DNA of 64,000 bases from Raillietiella orientalis (Eukaryota). How positions within the stretch are numbered: the first letter of the stretch is position 1; the number at the start of each line of letters is the position of its first letter. The stretch lies in contig JAYWIR010000132.1 of the NCBI GenBank assembly GCA_036172245.1, positions 1-64,000 on the forward strand, given 5' to 3'. Below the pieces are notes generated by a model. The model saw only the letters and a program-made list of their open reading frames with translations. It did no database searches and was not told the origin of the DNA. Below are positions 29,165 through 41,415 of this stretch, one piece after another. The translations under genes and the position numbers were made by a program.

Positions 29165-30290
29165 ACTCGATGTCCAGTAACTGATTGTATTTGTGAATGA
29201 TGTTTTTCATAATGTAAAAAGTCCAACCTCATGTAAGCACTCAACAAATCTTGGGAGGACCTTTCGACCACTTAACCATCGGACCTTGTTGTGCATAAGC
29301 AAGCCATTGTCCACTGCATGTATTTCATTGAATGATTCTAAAACTTTTCGTTTCTTTAAAGCGCGTGCAGTTATAAAAATTAACCCGTTTTGTTAGAAGG
29401 CTCATAATATCATCCACTGGCTTGAGACTTGGCTTTGCGCGTAAAACCTGCTGCTGTTTAAACTGCAATGCAGTTTAGACCCAGAATTGAATGCCCAATG
29501 TGTTTGGTGAAAATTAACAAAGCCATTTTCCTCCTTATTCGTGCTTCGAACGCCATCAGTCATTACTGATACAGTTTTAGAATGACATGTTTCTCTTTCA
29601 TTAAGTGCGTGTGCAATCGTATTGCAATTTTGTATTCCTCTCGTTTTTGCTGCTAATGATTTTATGTCCATGAACCCTTGAAGTTCTTAGTAGAATGTGA
29701 CATGTAAATTGCTAAACAAGAGGATCCAGTGATGTCTGCACTTTTATCAAGACTAAGAGAGATTTAGGCGGAAGACTTTCATTTGAATCTTCTGCCTATA
29801 CGTCGAATTTTAAGCCATTTCCAATATTCCGTTTTTTATGTTGTTTGTGGCCAATGGCATATGTTTTATTCTTGGAATGATGTTCCTCTTGTTCTCCAAA
29901 TCTTCAGAGAACTGGTATACAATTTAAGCATGCTCCTTTATACATTCACCATTATTAAAAGGTTTTCCGTGTTTGGCAATTACATGCGAGTCAAAAACAT
30001 TAGCGGCAGTTATATCGGAAATCGTTCCTGGAACGATTTCCGATAAAGTCCATCAGGGCATTTGATTGAATGTTTCCGTTTTCAATTGCCTGAGCAATGA
30101 ATCTTTTGTGGTCGTCTTTTCTCAAGGGGCGATTTATGTTTCCTCTCATAATGGTGACGTCCTACATACAACTAACTGTTCCTGAAAATACAACACACAG
30201 CTTTATGATCTTCGTGAAGCGTGCCATAATGTTTAGTCCACCAGGTTTGGGAATGTCAGTTGCTGGATTCAGATGGGTTTTGTTTTCCAT
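29165..30290 (-). pseudogene. hAT transposase remnant (GTF2IRD2/ZBED5/ZBED8-like group), many stops and frameshifts, C-terminal part missing
   Basis: Manual multi-frame translation gives family-like motifs in the correct order: HKAVC..HYERKH (BED-like), IAKHGKPFNNGECIKE, SLSLDKSADITG, KTRG, VSVMTDG, LHC, ITARALKKR, LLMHNKVRWLSGRKVLPRF. Confidence 0.85.
30013..30045. repeat. Perfect palindrome, 16-bp arms, 1-nt centre
   Basis: TATCGGAAATCGTTCC-t-GGAACGATTTCCGATA. Confidence 0.88.
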
Positions 30291-30813
30291 TTTGGCTAGT
30301 CAAATCGAAATAGTGAAGGAGATGATTCATCGGTGGAGAGGAAGTTTTGGATAAGTGTTGTGGCATGGGTCTTTCACCCGGGTGAGCCGGAGCTTTTATT
30401 ATTAAAATTTTTGACATCGACAGAAATTTCATAGCAAAGTCTTTTTTGTTAAGTCTTTTAGGTCAGCACTGTAATTGTTTCTGTATTTTGGCATGGGTGC
30501 GACTGGAGGGACGGGATTTTTGAGTGATGAGTTGATTGTTTCAGATGGAGGAATGGGTGGTCCTTTCCTCGGTGGAAACGTTCTGCTTTCACGACCCTTG
30601 GTTTTTCGATCCGACTTGGGCGGGCGGCTGTAATCGTAGGAAGTTATCACTGCTTGTTTGCATTGTAACTGCAGCTCTGAGAATGAGTCTGGTAGCTGCT
30701 GGTGTTGAACCGCTTTTGAAAAAGTTAAAAACGGGGAAACGTACCTCTCCAATTCGCTTCTCGTGCATTCAGTTCGTATGTCCTTTCGGAGGCTTGTGGA
30801 AGAGTAGACACTC

Positions 30814-30842
30814 AGATAATCTGGCATCTTGCCAGATTATCT
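30814..30842. repeat. Perfect inverted repeat, 13-bp arms, 3-nt loop
   Basis: AGATAATCTGGCA-tct-TGCCAGATTATCT. Confidence 0.8.
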
Positions 30843-31733
30843 TTGTCCGCATGGAAACCCATGGAGTCGTACCCTTTAGAATTTTCGCTTCTTCATTTTT
30901 TTATCCAGATGTTGCTGCGTAAACCGATGTAGCTCTAAAGACACGTGATATCCAGAATCGCAAATTACTTTTCTTTGGAATGCACTTCTGTAAAGGTACA
31001 TTTGTCTGAGGTGCGATACCGAACAAGATACGTGAGCAGCGTATTGATGCGAAGCATCCCCACTTCCAGCAGCACCAAGGGAGCTCTTTGATTTCCGTTC
31101 TTCCCTTCACTGATAAATGCTTACGTGCAGAATGAATCAGTTCCCCCCTGAAAAGCAAAGTAACACAAATACATGAATGTTTGAGATGACGTCTCACCCA
31201 CAGGCACATTTCTATTCGGTGAAGACAATGGAAATTTAGTTAATGATGGGCTCGTTAAGAATCAGACAGACCTGGGACTTCATGTCGTGTTCTCGTCACC
31301 ACGAATACGGTTCGTCACCCATCATAGAGTAGACGTTGGAATTATCTCCTGAAGCACATATCTTCAAGTAGTGTTGCTCACCGTTGCGAAGGCAAGTCAC
31401 GCATATGGCATGGAAGTGCTACGTGAATAGCAAGCATGCGAGAGGTCGAGCTTTCAAAGGGTAGCAAGCAAACGCCAATTAGGGAAATGCGAAAACATTT
31501 CCCCAAAGACGTCTGCGCAACTGCCATCGCCTACGTGGTACCTTTTAGCATGAGTCAAGCACAAATACGAAATGCGATCCTTTACCACGTTGGGACCTAC
31601 AGGTGCGTCAGCGAAAAGGTGTCGTTAGCGGCTGCGTACTAACGACTGCAATTTCCCTATACAGTTGTCTGGCCTTCGCCTTCTTATCTCTTGCTGCTGA
31701 GTCATGATCTCTGTGAGATCTTAACCTGAGTGG

Positions 31734-34040
31734 TAACCGTCGATACGCCGTTCTTCCCCTGGCGTCCCGGGAATACCTAATCTCGTCCAGGATGTTCAAG
31801 TCACCCACGACGATGATGATGTCCTTCGGTGGCACTCGTTTGCGGAGTTCTTCTTGCAGTTTCTCCGCGCACCGATGCTTGATCTTGTGCGGTCCGTAAA
31901 CGTTCACCAGGAAGAGGTGAACGTTACTGGACCAGGACAGTCGCACGCCGATTACTCTGCCAGTTACCGGACAGATGGTTTCCAGAATGGTGTGGGCTAG
32001 CTCGTTCTTGATGAGACTCGCCACATCCATGGTACTCTTCTGTTCTTCGCTGGCGAACAGTTGTTCGTTTAAACGGCGTTCTATCTCCAGGGTGATCTGA
32101 TGCCCGATACGGTGGGCTTCTGAAATGGAAAGCATATCTTGTCTTGCGATGGTCCGGATGCCACTTTTGCTCTTGCCTTCGTTAGTAGGGCCATTGAGGT
32201 TCCAGGAGGCGATGTTAATTCACCTGACGGTGGACAGCCACGAGGCCTAAAACGGGTTTATTTACTTGTTTTTCTTGCTTTTCTTAGCATCTGCTGGGGA
32301 GACCTTTGCTGTTTCCCTGCAGAAGAAGCGGGTTTCTCACTACCGGCATCGCTCTCGGTGCCGGTGTGGGAGGTGGACTCTGGTTATTCCACGGAGCGTT
32401 CCGCCATGGCGATCACTTTGCGCGGGAGGATCTCTAGCGAGACCGTCGCACAGTAGGCCGCCTTGACATCGCAAAGCTGGGTCTCCAGTTTCTCCCGCTC
32501 CGGCTCCACACCCACGCGGTTGACGTTCTCATGGGTCTCGCAGATACGGTTCAGTAGCTGCTGCTGCTGCGCTTCTGTCCGGATTTGACGGATTTCTTCC
32601 GTAACCTTGACCACCTCCTCCGTGAGCTGCAGGGCATCCTGCGTCTCCGTGGTGGGTTCTGGCCTTTTCGCCTCCTCAATTTCTTCCGCAACCTCCATCG
32701 ACTCGCCTTCCACAGCTTCTACTTCCGGGGTAACAAGAGTTTGCTGCTCCCTGACGAGCATCTTCTTCCTCTTCCCTTTTTTCCCGAACTTTACAAACCC
32801 GTCCGCCTAAACCGGGGCGGCCTCCTTCGCCTTATTCTGCTTTTGTATTTGAGGTTTTATCACCTCCGCATCACCCTTTCCCTCACGGGGATTCGCCTCT
32901 CATCCTCCGGTAGTTGGCGTTCTCCGGACGACTCCATTTCGCATGCCCGGTTTGTTTGCAAAAGGAGCAAAGTTCGGGCATGCTGCAGTTTCGGACCTGA
33001 TCGCCCTGCTTCCCACAACGAAAACATCGCGACCTAGGGCATGCGCCCATCCGGTATCCAAAGTTTTTGCAACCGGTACAAAATATCGGCTGCTGCCTAT
33101 ATCGAATGGAGACATCTTGGAATGCCTTGTCGATATATCATTTCAAGGGATTTGCGCCCCCTCTTTCAGCTTCATCTTGATGAGCTCGCCCGAGTAGATG
33201 TTACCGGATATATTCTGGGTTTTCATCTCCAGAATTTCTCCGTACTGCGATAGGAAGTCCCACACCGTTTCTCGTTCGGTGAGTATTCCTATCTCGTTTT
33301 ACGAATACGGTCGTGTAAGGCATTTCCCCAATGCCTTGGACCATCTTCCCCTGTATATTAATCCTCTTCTCAATTAGGGTCTCTCGCAGGATTTCGCAAT
33401 CCGTGTACAAGATGAATCCCGCTGAATTCCGGAAGATCGCTTGAAGGCGATCGAAATCAGCATTGGTCTTGTATAAGGCACAGTACACCCCTTTTACATT
33501 GTTAAACCGGATTAATCCGGTTTTGAAAATCGTTGGTTTCTATGCCGGACTAAGACGAACCATCGGTTCTTTACACTTTGTGATGGTTTCGCTTCCGGCT
33601 TACGAATTTTCTGTTCGGCTGGGCACTGGCCTGTCCCGCCGCCATCGTCGCATAAGATAAAGGCTGCACCGCCGCAGCCGAGCAAGATGGCGTCGCAACT
33701 TGTAGCATGAGCACCGCGTCGACGTCCGCGGGTCCCGCGTGGGGCTCAGCCGCCGCGGGCGCAACCCTCGGCATTGCCGCCGTTATCGCTGAAGCAGGCG
33801 GAACCCTCGGCATCACCGCCGCGGGCGCGATCCTCGGCGTCGTCGCCGCGGTCACGACCTCTAAGGTCGTTGCCGCGGGCACGACCTTTGGCAACGCCGC
33901 AGCCGGCGAAGAAATTGGCGCCTCGAGCGCGATCGTCGGCATCGGCGCCGTCTCGCCATTGCCGTACTGTAACTCCATCTGCATGGGAGACGTCGGCCTC
34001 TCCGCTCCTCTTCCTTCCTGTATCCTTGCGGCCACCGCCA
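31734..34040 (-). mobile_element. Tx1/L1-clade LINE copy E5 (family A-related, most decayed): ORF1 plus N-terminal part of the endonuclease, truncated at both ends
   Basis: Fragments YCALYKTNADFDRLQAI...GEMPYTTVFV, coiled-coil tail AYCATVSLEILPRKV and EN segment HLFLVNVYGPH..VGDLN..AYRRL, all homologous to neighbouring copies. Confidence 0.9.
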
Positions 34041-35672
34041 GCCTTCGCCATGTTGGTGAACACCAGCACCACGTCCTCGATGACCTATCGGCTGAGTCCC
34101 ACGGTGGCCTGGCCACACTTGACATTGTCCAATATGTGGCGTCCGTGCACCGCACATGTTTGGACCGGAGAGATCAGCCTCGACATGACCCTGCCTAAGC
34201 GGTTGGACCAGATCTTCGCCAACCACTTGGCATCGGAGTTCAGGATCGAGATTGGCCTCCATTGACCGACCTGCGTGAGATCGCCTCCTTTTGGCAAGAA
34301 TCTCATCCGACTCTCGTAGAAGGATTCCGGTAGTCTTCCTTGTACTCGGATGCAGTGTCACCTGGTGGAACACACGCAGGTAGGCGTGCAAGTACCGCTG
34401 ATAGTGCGAGATGGGTACACTATCAGGGCCTGCTGCCACGTCCTTGCGAAGTTGCCCAAACGCAGCCTTCGCTTCATCTTCGGATAACTTCTCCTCCAGT
34501 CTACTTCTTTAGAGGTCGTCCGTCCTCTTCTCGAGGTATCCCAGGAAGGCTTGCTGACTCGAGCGGCAGAGATCTTGTCGTCGGAAGTGTCTCGCGTAAT
34601 GCCTGTGAAAGGCTTCCGCGATATCATCCGACGTGTGCCGCTCTTGGCCGTCGTACTGGGTGCAGAAGATATCTGTTGCCAGATTTCTCTTTACCAGCAC
34701 GCCGAACTCCCCTTTCCTGTTCTGGAAGACGTACCGACTCTCGTACTGATCGAAGTACTTCGACAGGGAGCGATCTTGGATGTTCAGCTCCTGGTACGCT
34801 TCCTGCCACATGCCCTTACAGAAATACTGCATGTTGCAGAAGAGATGGATTCTGTGCTTCAACCGGTCCCAGTCGGCGACCCTGCGGATGGTAGTATCTT
34901 GCAGGATCGCCTCGATGACTTCCTGGTGACCGGGAAGCGTTTCGAACCAGGCGGGCATGCAGATGAGCGCCGCCCTGGTGGCCTTTTCTTTACGAGGATT
35001 CTCAGTGCGGAGTGTAAACCGTACCAATGGGTGATCGGACAACAGGTGTGGAATGTCACGAAAACCCTGGATGCGGTTGTCTATCTCCGCACTGTGGAGG
35101 ACGTGATCGATCGGCTTGTGGCTAGCCGTTCGCCACACAAGTCCGAACTCGTCGGACAGCCGCCGATACGCCGCTCTTCACCTTGCATCCTGAGAATACT
35201 TGATTTCATCAAGGATGTTGAAATCCCCAGCGACGATGGCTATGTCCTTCGGTGCCACTCGTTTGCGGAGTTCTTCTTGCAGTTTCTCCGCGCACCGATG
35301 CTTGATCTTGTGCGGTCCGTAGACGTTCACCAGGAAGAGGTGAACGTTACTGGACCAGGACAGTCGCACGCCGATTACTCTGCCAGGTACCGGACAGAAG
35401 GTTTCCAAAATGGTGTGGGCGAGCTCGTTCTTGATGAGGATCGCCACCCCCATGGTCTTCTTCTGTCCCTCGCTGGCGAACAGTTGTCCGTCGAATCGGC
35501 GTTCCATCTCCAGGGCGTTCTGTTGCCCGAGACGGTGGATTTCTTGTAGGCACACCACATTAAATTTTGCGATGGTCCGCATGATGATCTTTCTCTTTCC
35601 CTGGTCCGTCAGTCCATTCACATTCCAGGAGGCGATGTTAATCCTCCTGGCACTGGACAGCGACGAGGCCAT
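34041..35672 (-). pseudogene. E4 ORF2 (APE endonuclease + start of RT), disrupted and truncated
   Basis: SWNVNG, CLQE, AGDFN, IDH, SDH and WRPISILNSDAK motifs; in-frame TGA at 35178. Confidence 0.9.
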
Positions 35673-35688
35673 GAAAGGGGAGAGAGTC

Positions 35689-37448
35689 CTACTTGTTTTT
35701 GCGCGCCTTCCTTAACTTCTTCTGCTGGGGAGACTTGTTAAGTTTCCCCGCTGAAGAAGTGGGTTTTTCGCTACCGGCATCGCTCTCGGTGCCGGTGTGG
35801 TCGGTCGACTCGGGATCTTCTCCGGAGCGTTCCGCCTTGGCGATCACCTTGCGCGGGAGGGTCTCCAGGGAGACCGTCGCGCAGTAGACCGCCTTGACTT
35901 CCGAGAGCTGGGCCTCCAGCTTCTCTCGCTCCGGCTCCACAACCATACGGTTGACTTCGTCTTGAGCCTCGGAGATGCGGGTCAGGAGTTGCTCCTGTTG
36001 CGCCTCTGTCTGGCCTTGACGAACTTCCTCCGCTAGTTTGACCACCTCCTCGGTGAGTTGCAGGGCCTCCTGCGACTCCGGGGTGGGTTCCGGCATCTTC
36101 ACCACTTCCTCTGTCACCTCCATCTTCTCGCCTTCCACTGCTGCAACCTCACGAGTAGGGGGGTTTGTTGCTCCCTCACGAGCATCTTCCTCTTCCCCTT
36201 TTTCCCTATCTCGACGAACCCGTCCGCCGAGACCGGAGCTGCCTCCCTCACCTTCTTTTGTTTGGCTAGCTGAGGTTTGATCACCTCAGCTAGCACCCTT
36301 TCCCTCACGGGGGATTCTCCACGGATTGTCCGGTAGTTAGCAAACTCCGGACAACTCCATTTCGCATGCCCGGGTTGTTTGCAGAAAGAGCAAACTTCGG
36401 GCATGGTGCAATTTCGGACCACGTGGCCCATCTTTCCGCACCGGAAACAGCGCGACCTAGGGCACGCGCCCATCCGGTGGCCAAAGTTTTTGCAGCCGGT
36501 GCAAACGATCGGCTGCTGCCTGTATCGAATTGAGACGTCCTGCGACGCCTCGTCGATATGGACGTTTCCGGGGATTTGCGCCCCCTCCTTTAATTATATC
36601 TTGGCGATCAGCTCGCCCGAGAAGATGTTTCCGGAGATGTTCTGGGTTTTCATCTCTAGAACTTCTCCGTATTGGGACAGGAAGTCCCACACCGTTTGTC
36701 TCTCGGTGAGGATACCAAGGCCATTCACGAAGACGGTCGTGTAAGGCATCTCGCCGATGCCTTGCACCATCTTCCCTTGGATATTGATGCCCTTTTCGAT
36801 AAGGGCCTCCCGCAGCTCCTCGCAGTCTGTATAGAGGATAAATCCCGCTGAGTTCGGGATTATCGCCTGCAGCCGGTCAAAATCGACGTTTGTCTTATAG
36901 AGGGCGCAGTACACCTCCCTCACATTGTTGAACCGGATCAGTCCGGTTTTAAAAATTATCGGCTTGGACGCCGGGCTGAGTCGAACCATCGGCTCTTTCG
37001 TTCGAGTGATGATTTCACTCGCCGGTATGCCGAATGTTCTGTTTGGTTGGGCAGAGGCCTGCCCCGCCGTCACCGCCGCATACGAAAAAGGCGGCTTCGC
37101 CGCCGTCGCCGAGCAAGATGTCGTCGCACCTTGCACTGTGTGCGCCGCGTGGACGCCCGCGGCTCCCGCCTGGGACGCCGCCGCCACCGCGGGCGCAACC
37201 CTCGTCGTCGCCGTCGCCGATGTCGCCGTAGGCGGGACCTTCGGCATCGCCGCCGCCGGCACGACCTTCCCCGCCGCGGGCGCGATCCTCGGCGTCGCCG
37301 CCGCGGGCACGACCACCATCGCCGTCGCCGCGGGCACGACCCTCGGCATCGCCGCCGCCGGCGCAGCAAAGCCTGCCGCGGGCGCGACCCTCGGCGTCGC
37401 CGCTGCCTCCTCGCCAGTGCCGCATATTACCTCCATGTGTTCTTCCAT
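35689..37448 (-). pseudogene. E4 ORF1 (Ala/Pro-rich repeats, RRM-like region, 3 CCHC zinc knuckles, coiled-coil tail)
   Basis: CTGCKNFGHRMGAC, CFRCGKMGHVVRNC, CSFCKQPGHAKWSC. Premature stop at 36594 and frameshift near 36140. First ATG at 37448, but the frame is open further upstream. Confidence 0.88.
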
Positions 37449-37620
37449 GGGGGTCGACGGCTGCTCCACTTCCTGTAGGTGCCTCCTTGCGGCCGCCGTT
37501 GCTGCCGCACTTCCTGTTTGGAGGACTTCCACCTCGGGTCCTTCGGCGCTGCTGCTTCTGCTGCTGTCGGGTATTTCCCTCGGTGGCACAGTCACTTCCA
37601 CACTATTCTTCACCAGGCAC

Positions 37621-37748
37621 TTGCCCTGTCAGGGCACTCAAAAATTGCCGCGGCAGTGGTTTTACGCACTGCCTTGGCGGGGTATTGGGTAAAGTTTTCA
37701 ACTAGCAATAATCGCGGCTCAGTGGCCTTCCTCGCCTATTTTCCCCAG
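37621..37748 (-). ncRNA. U4: U4 snRNA-like sequence at the E3/E4 junction (5' end non-canonical, 3-nt deletion in the 5' stem)
   Basis: Minus strand reads GAGCCGCGAUUAUUGCUAGUUGAAAACUUUACCCAAUACCCCGCC...GGCAAUUUUUGAGUGCCCUGACAGGGCA, matching the metazoan U4 core, Sm site and terminal hairpin. Confidence 0.85.
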
Positions 37749-37894
37749 GTCCCACAAGGGGTGGGGTAAATTTATTTTTCTATAAAACATTCACGCTACA
37801 TTCACATTCATACAATTTCACTTCTTTTGGACTTATCACTTGGGCACTTTTCTTTAAAGTTCACTTCTGGGCGTCTGAAAACTCACTGCTCTAC

Positions 37895-40800
37895 TTACCT
37901 GGGATCCGCTTGGGTTCGGAGACTTCCTTCTATCCTTCTCAGGATGTGTCGGTTGTTCCAAACTTGCACTCGACCGCAGTTTCGGATGCCAATCTCCTTC
38001 TGGATAAACCCTTGCAGGATCTCCATCGGAGATATGGCGGTCCTCGTGGTCCTCATCTTCCACCACCGCACAAGGATGGCGGTGATGAAAAGGGCGATGG
38101 TCAATCTGACCATGGGGTTGTAGCGTGTAACCGTTCCAGTTCCCTGGAACATTCCTGCCAGAACGTCCATGGTCGAGGCGTTGTGCAGCCCGATGACCCT
38201 TTTCAGGGTTGTCCACTCGGATTGCAATGTGGGACAGGTCAAGACATGTCTGTCTGACTCTAATCCACCACATGCTTTGCAGGTTTCTTCTTCTCGTCGT
38301 CCCGTGAAGAGCTTCATTCTCGTGCCGCACAGGATCCCCCCATGATAAAACATGAGGAGGTTGGCCTGTGTATCTGGTGGTAGGTCTCTCCTACATAGTA
38401 CAGTACCGATCGCTAGTGGGTTAAATCCACTGCTTGCGTGTCGGTCGGCAGCATCTTGGAGGGCACTGTGATCTTGTTCTTCCGTGATTATTTCTTTCTT
38501 GTTCTTCTTCGTTACCCTGAACCACGCATGGTTACGATGACTTTTCCATACCTCGCGGGTCTTCAAGGTAACGGATCCACTCATCCTTTCCACGTGCCGA
38601 AGTACCCTTGAATGATGAAGGTATCTTGGCCGTGTCCAGGATTCCAGTTCTCCGAAGGTAACTCTGGACCGCTGGCGTATCCAGCTCCTCGTGTCATCCT
38701 GCACGGGGAGCATCCAGGGGATAACCAGGATGGATTCCTCCTGCCAGAGTTCCTTGCTCCTCGGCATGATCTTGATCCCCTCGCTCTTCATCAGTCGCTG
38801 TTTCCGCCTCCACGTTGGGTCGATCGTTGATCATTCGTCCACTCTGCCGACGAGCGCAGTCATCAGGCCCCTCGAGTTGTTAATTAACAACGAGTATGCC
38901 CTATGTGCCGCGTACGGCCAGTCGTCCCAGTTGGAAGACATCTCCAGGATGTGTCGCACGTCCATGCTGTTCACGGCGTGTGCATTCGACTTCATCCCGG
39001 TTCCTCCCTCCTCCCTCGGACGACAAAGTGGCTTCAGGCGTACTCTCGGACGGTATCCTCCCCACAGGGTCTTCCTCTGTAGCTTTTCCACTTCTCGCTT
39101 GGTGTCTTTCGACATGTTGCTGAAGGCCGCTCCGAAAAGTATCTTCGGAAGGAGAACTCCATTCCAAAGGTTGGCCCTCTGCTTCATGTTGAAGTCCGAG
39201 CGCATGTACTTCGCTCCTTCTTCAGATACTTTCCCCAGGATTTCCTTCCACAACAGTTGGGATGCGGATGCATCGCCAATGTGGATACCTAGGTACTTAA
39301 TCGTGTCCACCGTACGGAAACCTTCACTCACGATTTTGTGAGGTCCAGGATGCCGACGGGCAAGAGTTTGCTTTTCTGGGCATTGATTTTAAGCCTCAGT
39401 CCTTTCTCCATGAGCTCAACCACATGCAAGAAGCCTCGCTGATCTCTCTCCCCTTTAAGAAAGAAGAGAAGATCGTCCGCGTAGGCAAGATGGGTGAGTC
39501 TCTGTTTGTCAATTTCGATTCCTCGGAGATACCCGGTTCTGTCGATGAACGACGAGAGGGCCTCCATGTAGATGACAAACAGCATCGGACTTAGCGCGTC
39601 GCCCTGACGGACTCCGTGTTCCATCCTGATAGCTGCTGTCGTTTCCCCATTGACGGTGATGCGGAATTCTTGGTCTTGTAGTACCATCCTGACGAGGTTG
39701 CTGAAGTATTCCGGGAGGTCCAGTCTTCCTAGAATCTTCAGCAGCATCCCATGGTCTACCGTGTCGAAGGCTTTCTCCATGTCAGTGAACACCAGCACCA
39801 GGTTCTCGCCTGTGTATCGGCTGAGTCCTATGGTGGCTTGAGCACACTTGACTTTGTCCGACATGTGACGACCGGGCACCGCACATGTCTGGACCGGAGA
39901 TATAAGCCGCGGCATGACCTTGCCTAAGCGGTTGGCCCAGATCTTCGCCAACCACTTGGCATCGGAGTTCAGGATCGAGATTGGCCTCCATTGAGTGACC
40001 TGCGTTAGGTCACCGCCTTTCGGCAACAATCTCATCCGACTCTTGCTGAAGGACTTTGGTATTCTTCCTTCTTCTTTGATGCATAGCGTCAGCTGGAGGA
40101 ACAGTCGCCGGTAGGCATGCAGATACCTCTGATAGTGGGAGATTGGAATACTATCAGGGCCTGCCGCCACATCCTTGCGAAGTTCCTGGAACGCAGCTTT
40201 CACTTCTTCATCGGAGATATCTTCTTCCAGCATCTACTTGCTCTTCTCGTCAAGCCGGTTTTCCAGATGTTTCAGGAATACTTGTTCGTATGTCTCGTCC
40301 AGTTGTTTCATACGGAAGTGTTCTGCATAATGCCTGTGGAAGGCTTCTGCGATGCCCTCCGTCTTGTTCCTCGTCTGGCCTGCGTACTGGATGCTGAAGA
40401 TATCTGTTGCCAGATTCTTCTTCTCCAGTACGCCAACTTCACCCTTGATGCTGCTGAAGACGTAACGGCTCTGGTACTGTTGCCAGTACTTGGAGAGCGA
40501 GCGATCTTGGATGTTGAGCTCGCGGTACGCCTCCTGCCTCATTCTCTTGTCGCCAAACTGTATGTTGCAGAACAAATGGATGCGGTGCTTGAGGCTGTAC
40601 CAATCGGCGACCCTGCTGATGGTTGTTGTTTGCAGGATCACCTCCATCAGATCTTGATGATGGGGATGGGTCTCGAACCATTGGGGCATGGTGAGAATTG
40701 CCTCCCTCGTTGGCTTGCTTCGTCGAGGGTTTTCCGTCCGCAAGGTGAACCTCATCAACGGATGATCGGACACAGAGTGGGGAGTGTCTCGAAAACCGAG

Positions 40801-41403
40801 GACTCGGTTCCCAATGTCGGCGCTGTAGAGAACGTGGTCGATCGGCTTGTGGCTCGCTGTCAGCCACTGGAATCCGAACTCGTCGGAAAGCCGCCGATAC
40901 GCCTCCCTTCCTCTGACGTCCCGGGAATAGATGACTTCGTCCAGGATGTTGAAGTCCCCAGCGATGATGACGATGTCCTTCGCCTGCACTTTCTGGCGGA
41001 GGGCTTCATAAAGCACCTCCACGCACTGGTGCTTTAGGTGATGCGGCCCGTAAACGTTCACCAGGAATAGGTGAACGTTCGCGGACCAGGACAATCGTGA
41101 GACGAGAATTCTTCCAGGAACGGGACAGAAGACTTCGAGGATGGTGGCGGCAAGGTGGTTCATGATTGCCGTTGCCACCCCCATGGTGTACCTCTGTCCC
41201 ACGCTGGTGAACAGTTGGACGTTCATTCGTCTCTCCAATTCCAGTCTGATCTGCTGCCCCATCTCGTGGGTTTCCTGCAGGCAAACGATGTCGAAGTGCC
41301 TGATCTTGTGGGCTATTCTTGGTCTTCGCACCGGATCTTGCATTCCATTGACGTTCCAGGAGGCGATGGTCAGTCTCCCGGCTGTCGACAAGGATGAGGC
41401 CAT
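37895..41403 (-). pseudogene. E3 ORF2: APE endonuclease, reverse transcriptase, C-terminal zinc finger (~1170 codons; 2 stops, 1 frameshift)
   Basis: SWNVNG/LQETH/GDFN/IDH/SDH; WRPISILNSDAK, DMEKAFD, GVRQGDALSP, YADD, KYLG; CKACG..HVLTC. Stops at 40234 and 38831, frameshift near 39330. Confidence 0.95.
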
Positions 41404-41415
41404 AAAAGGGTGGTT

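Larger units (their letters stand above)
28834..30290 (-). mobile_element. Decayed hAT DNA transposon (Buster/Charlie/SPIN group) with one recognisable TIR
   Basis: CAGTGATGGCGAACCT at 28834-28849 matches a Charlie/Buster-type hAT terminus. Transposase remnants on the minus strand point toward it. Confidence 0.8.
34041..37767 (-). mobile_element. Tx1/L1-clade LINE copy E4 (family A): intact 5' end, 3'-truncated within the RT
   Basis: U4-like head, ORF1, then ORF2 from MASSLSSARRINIASWNVNG to LVFTNMAKA, where it fuses to E5 ORF1. Confidence 0.92.

Noticed and set aside
30429..31209. Minus-strand ORFs of 132 and 102 aa (possible viral or TE relic)
   Set aside because: No motif I can recognise; left unassigned.
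31308..31325. CGGTTCGTCACCCATC as the second hAT TIR
   Set aside because: Too many mismatches to AGGTTCGCCATCACTG and no matching 8-bp TSD.
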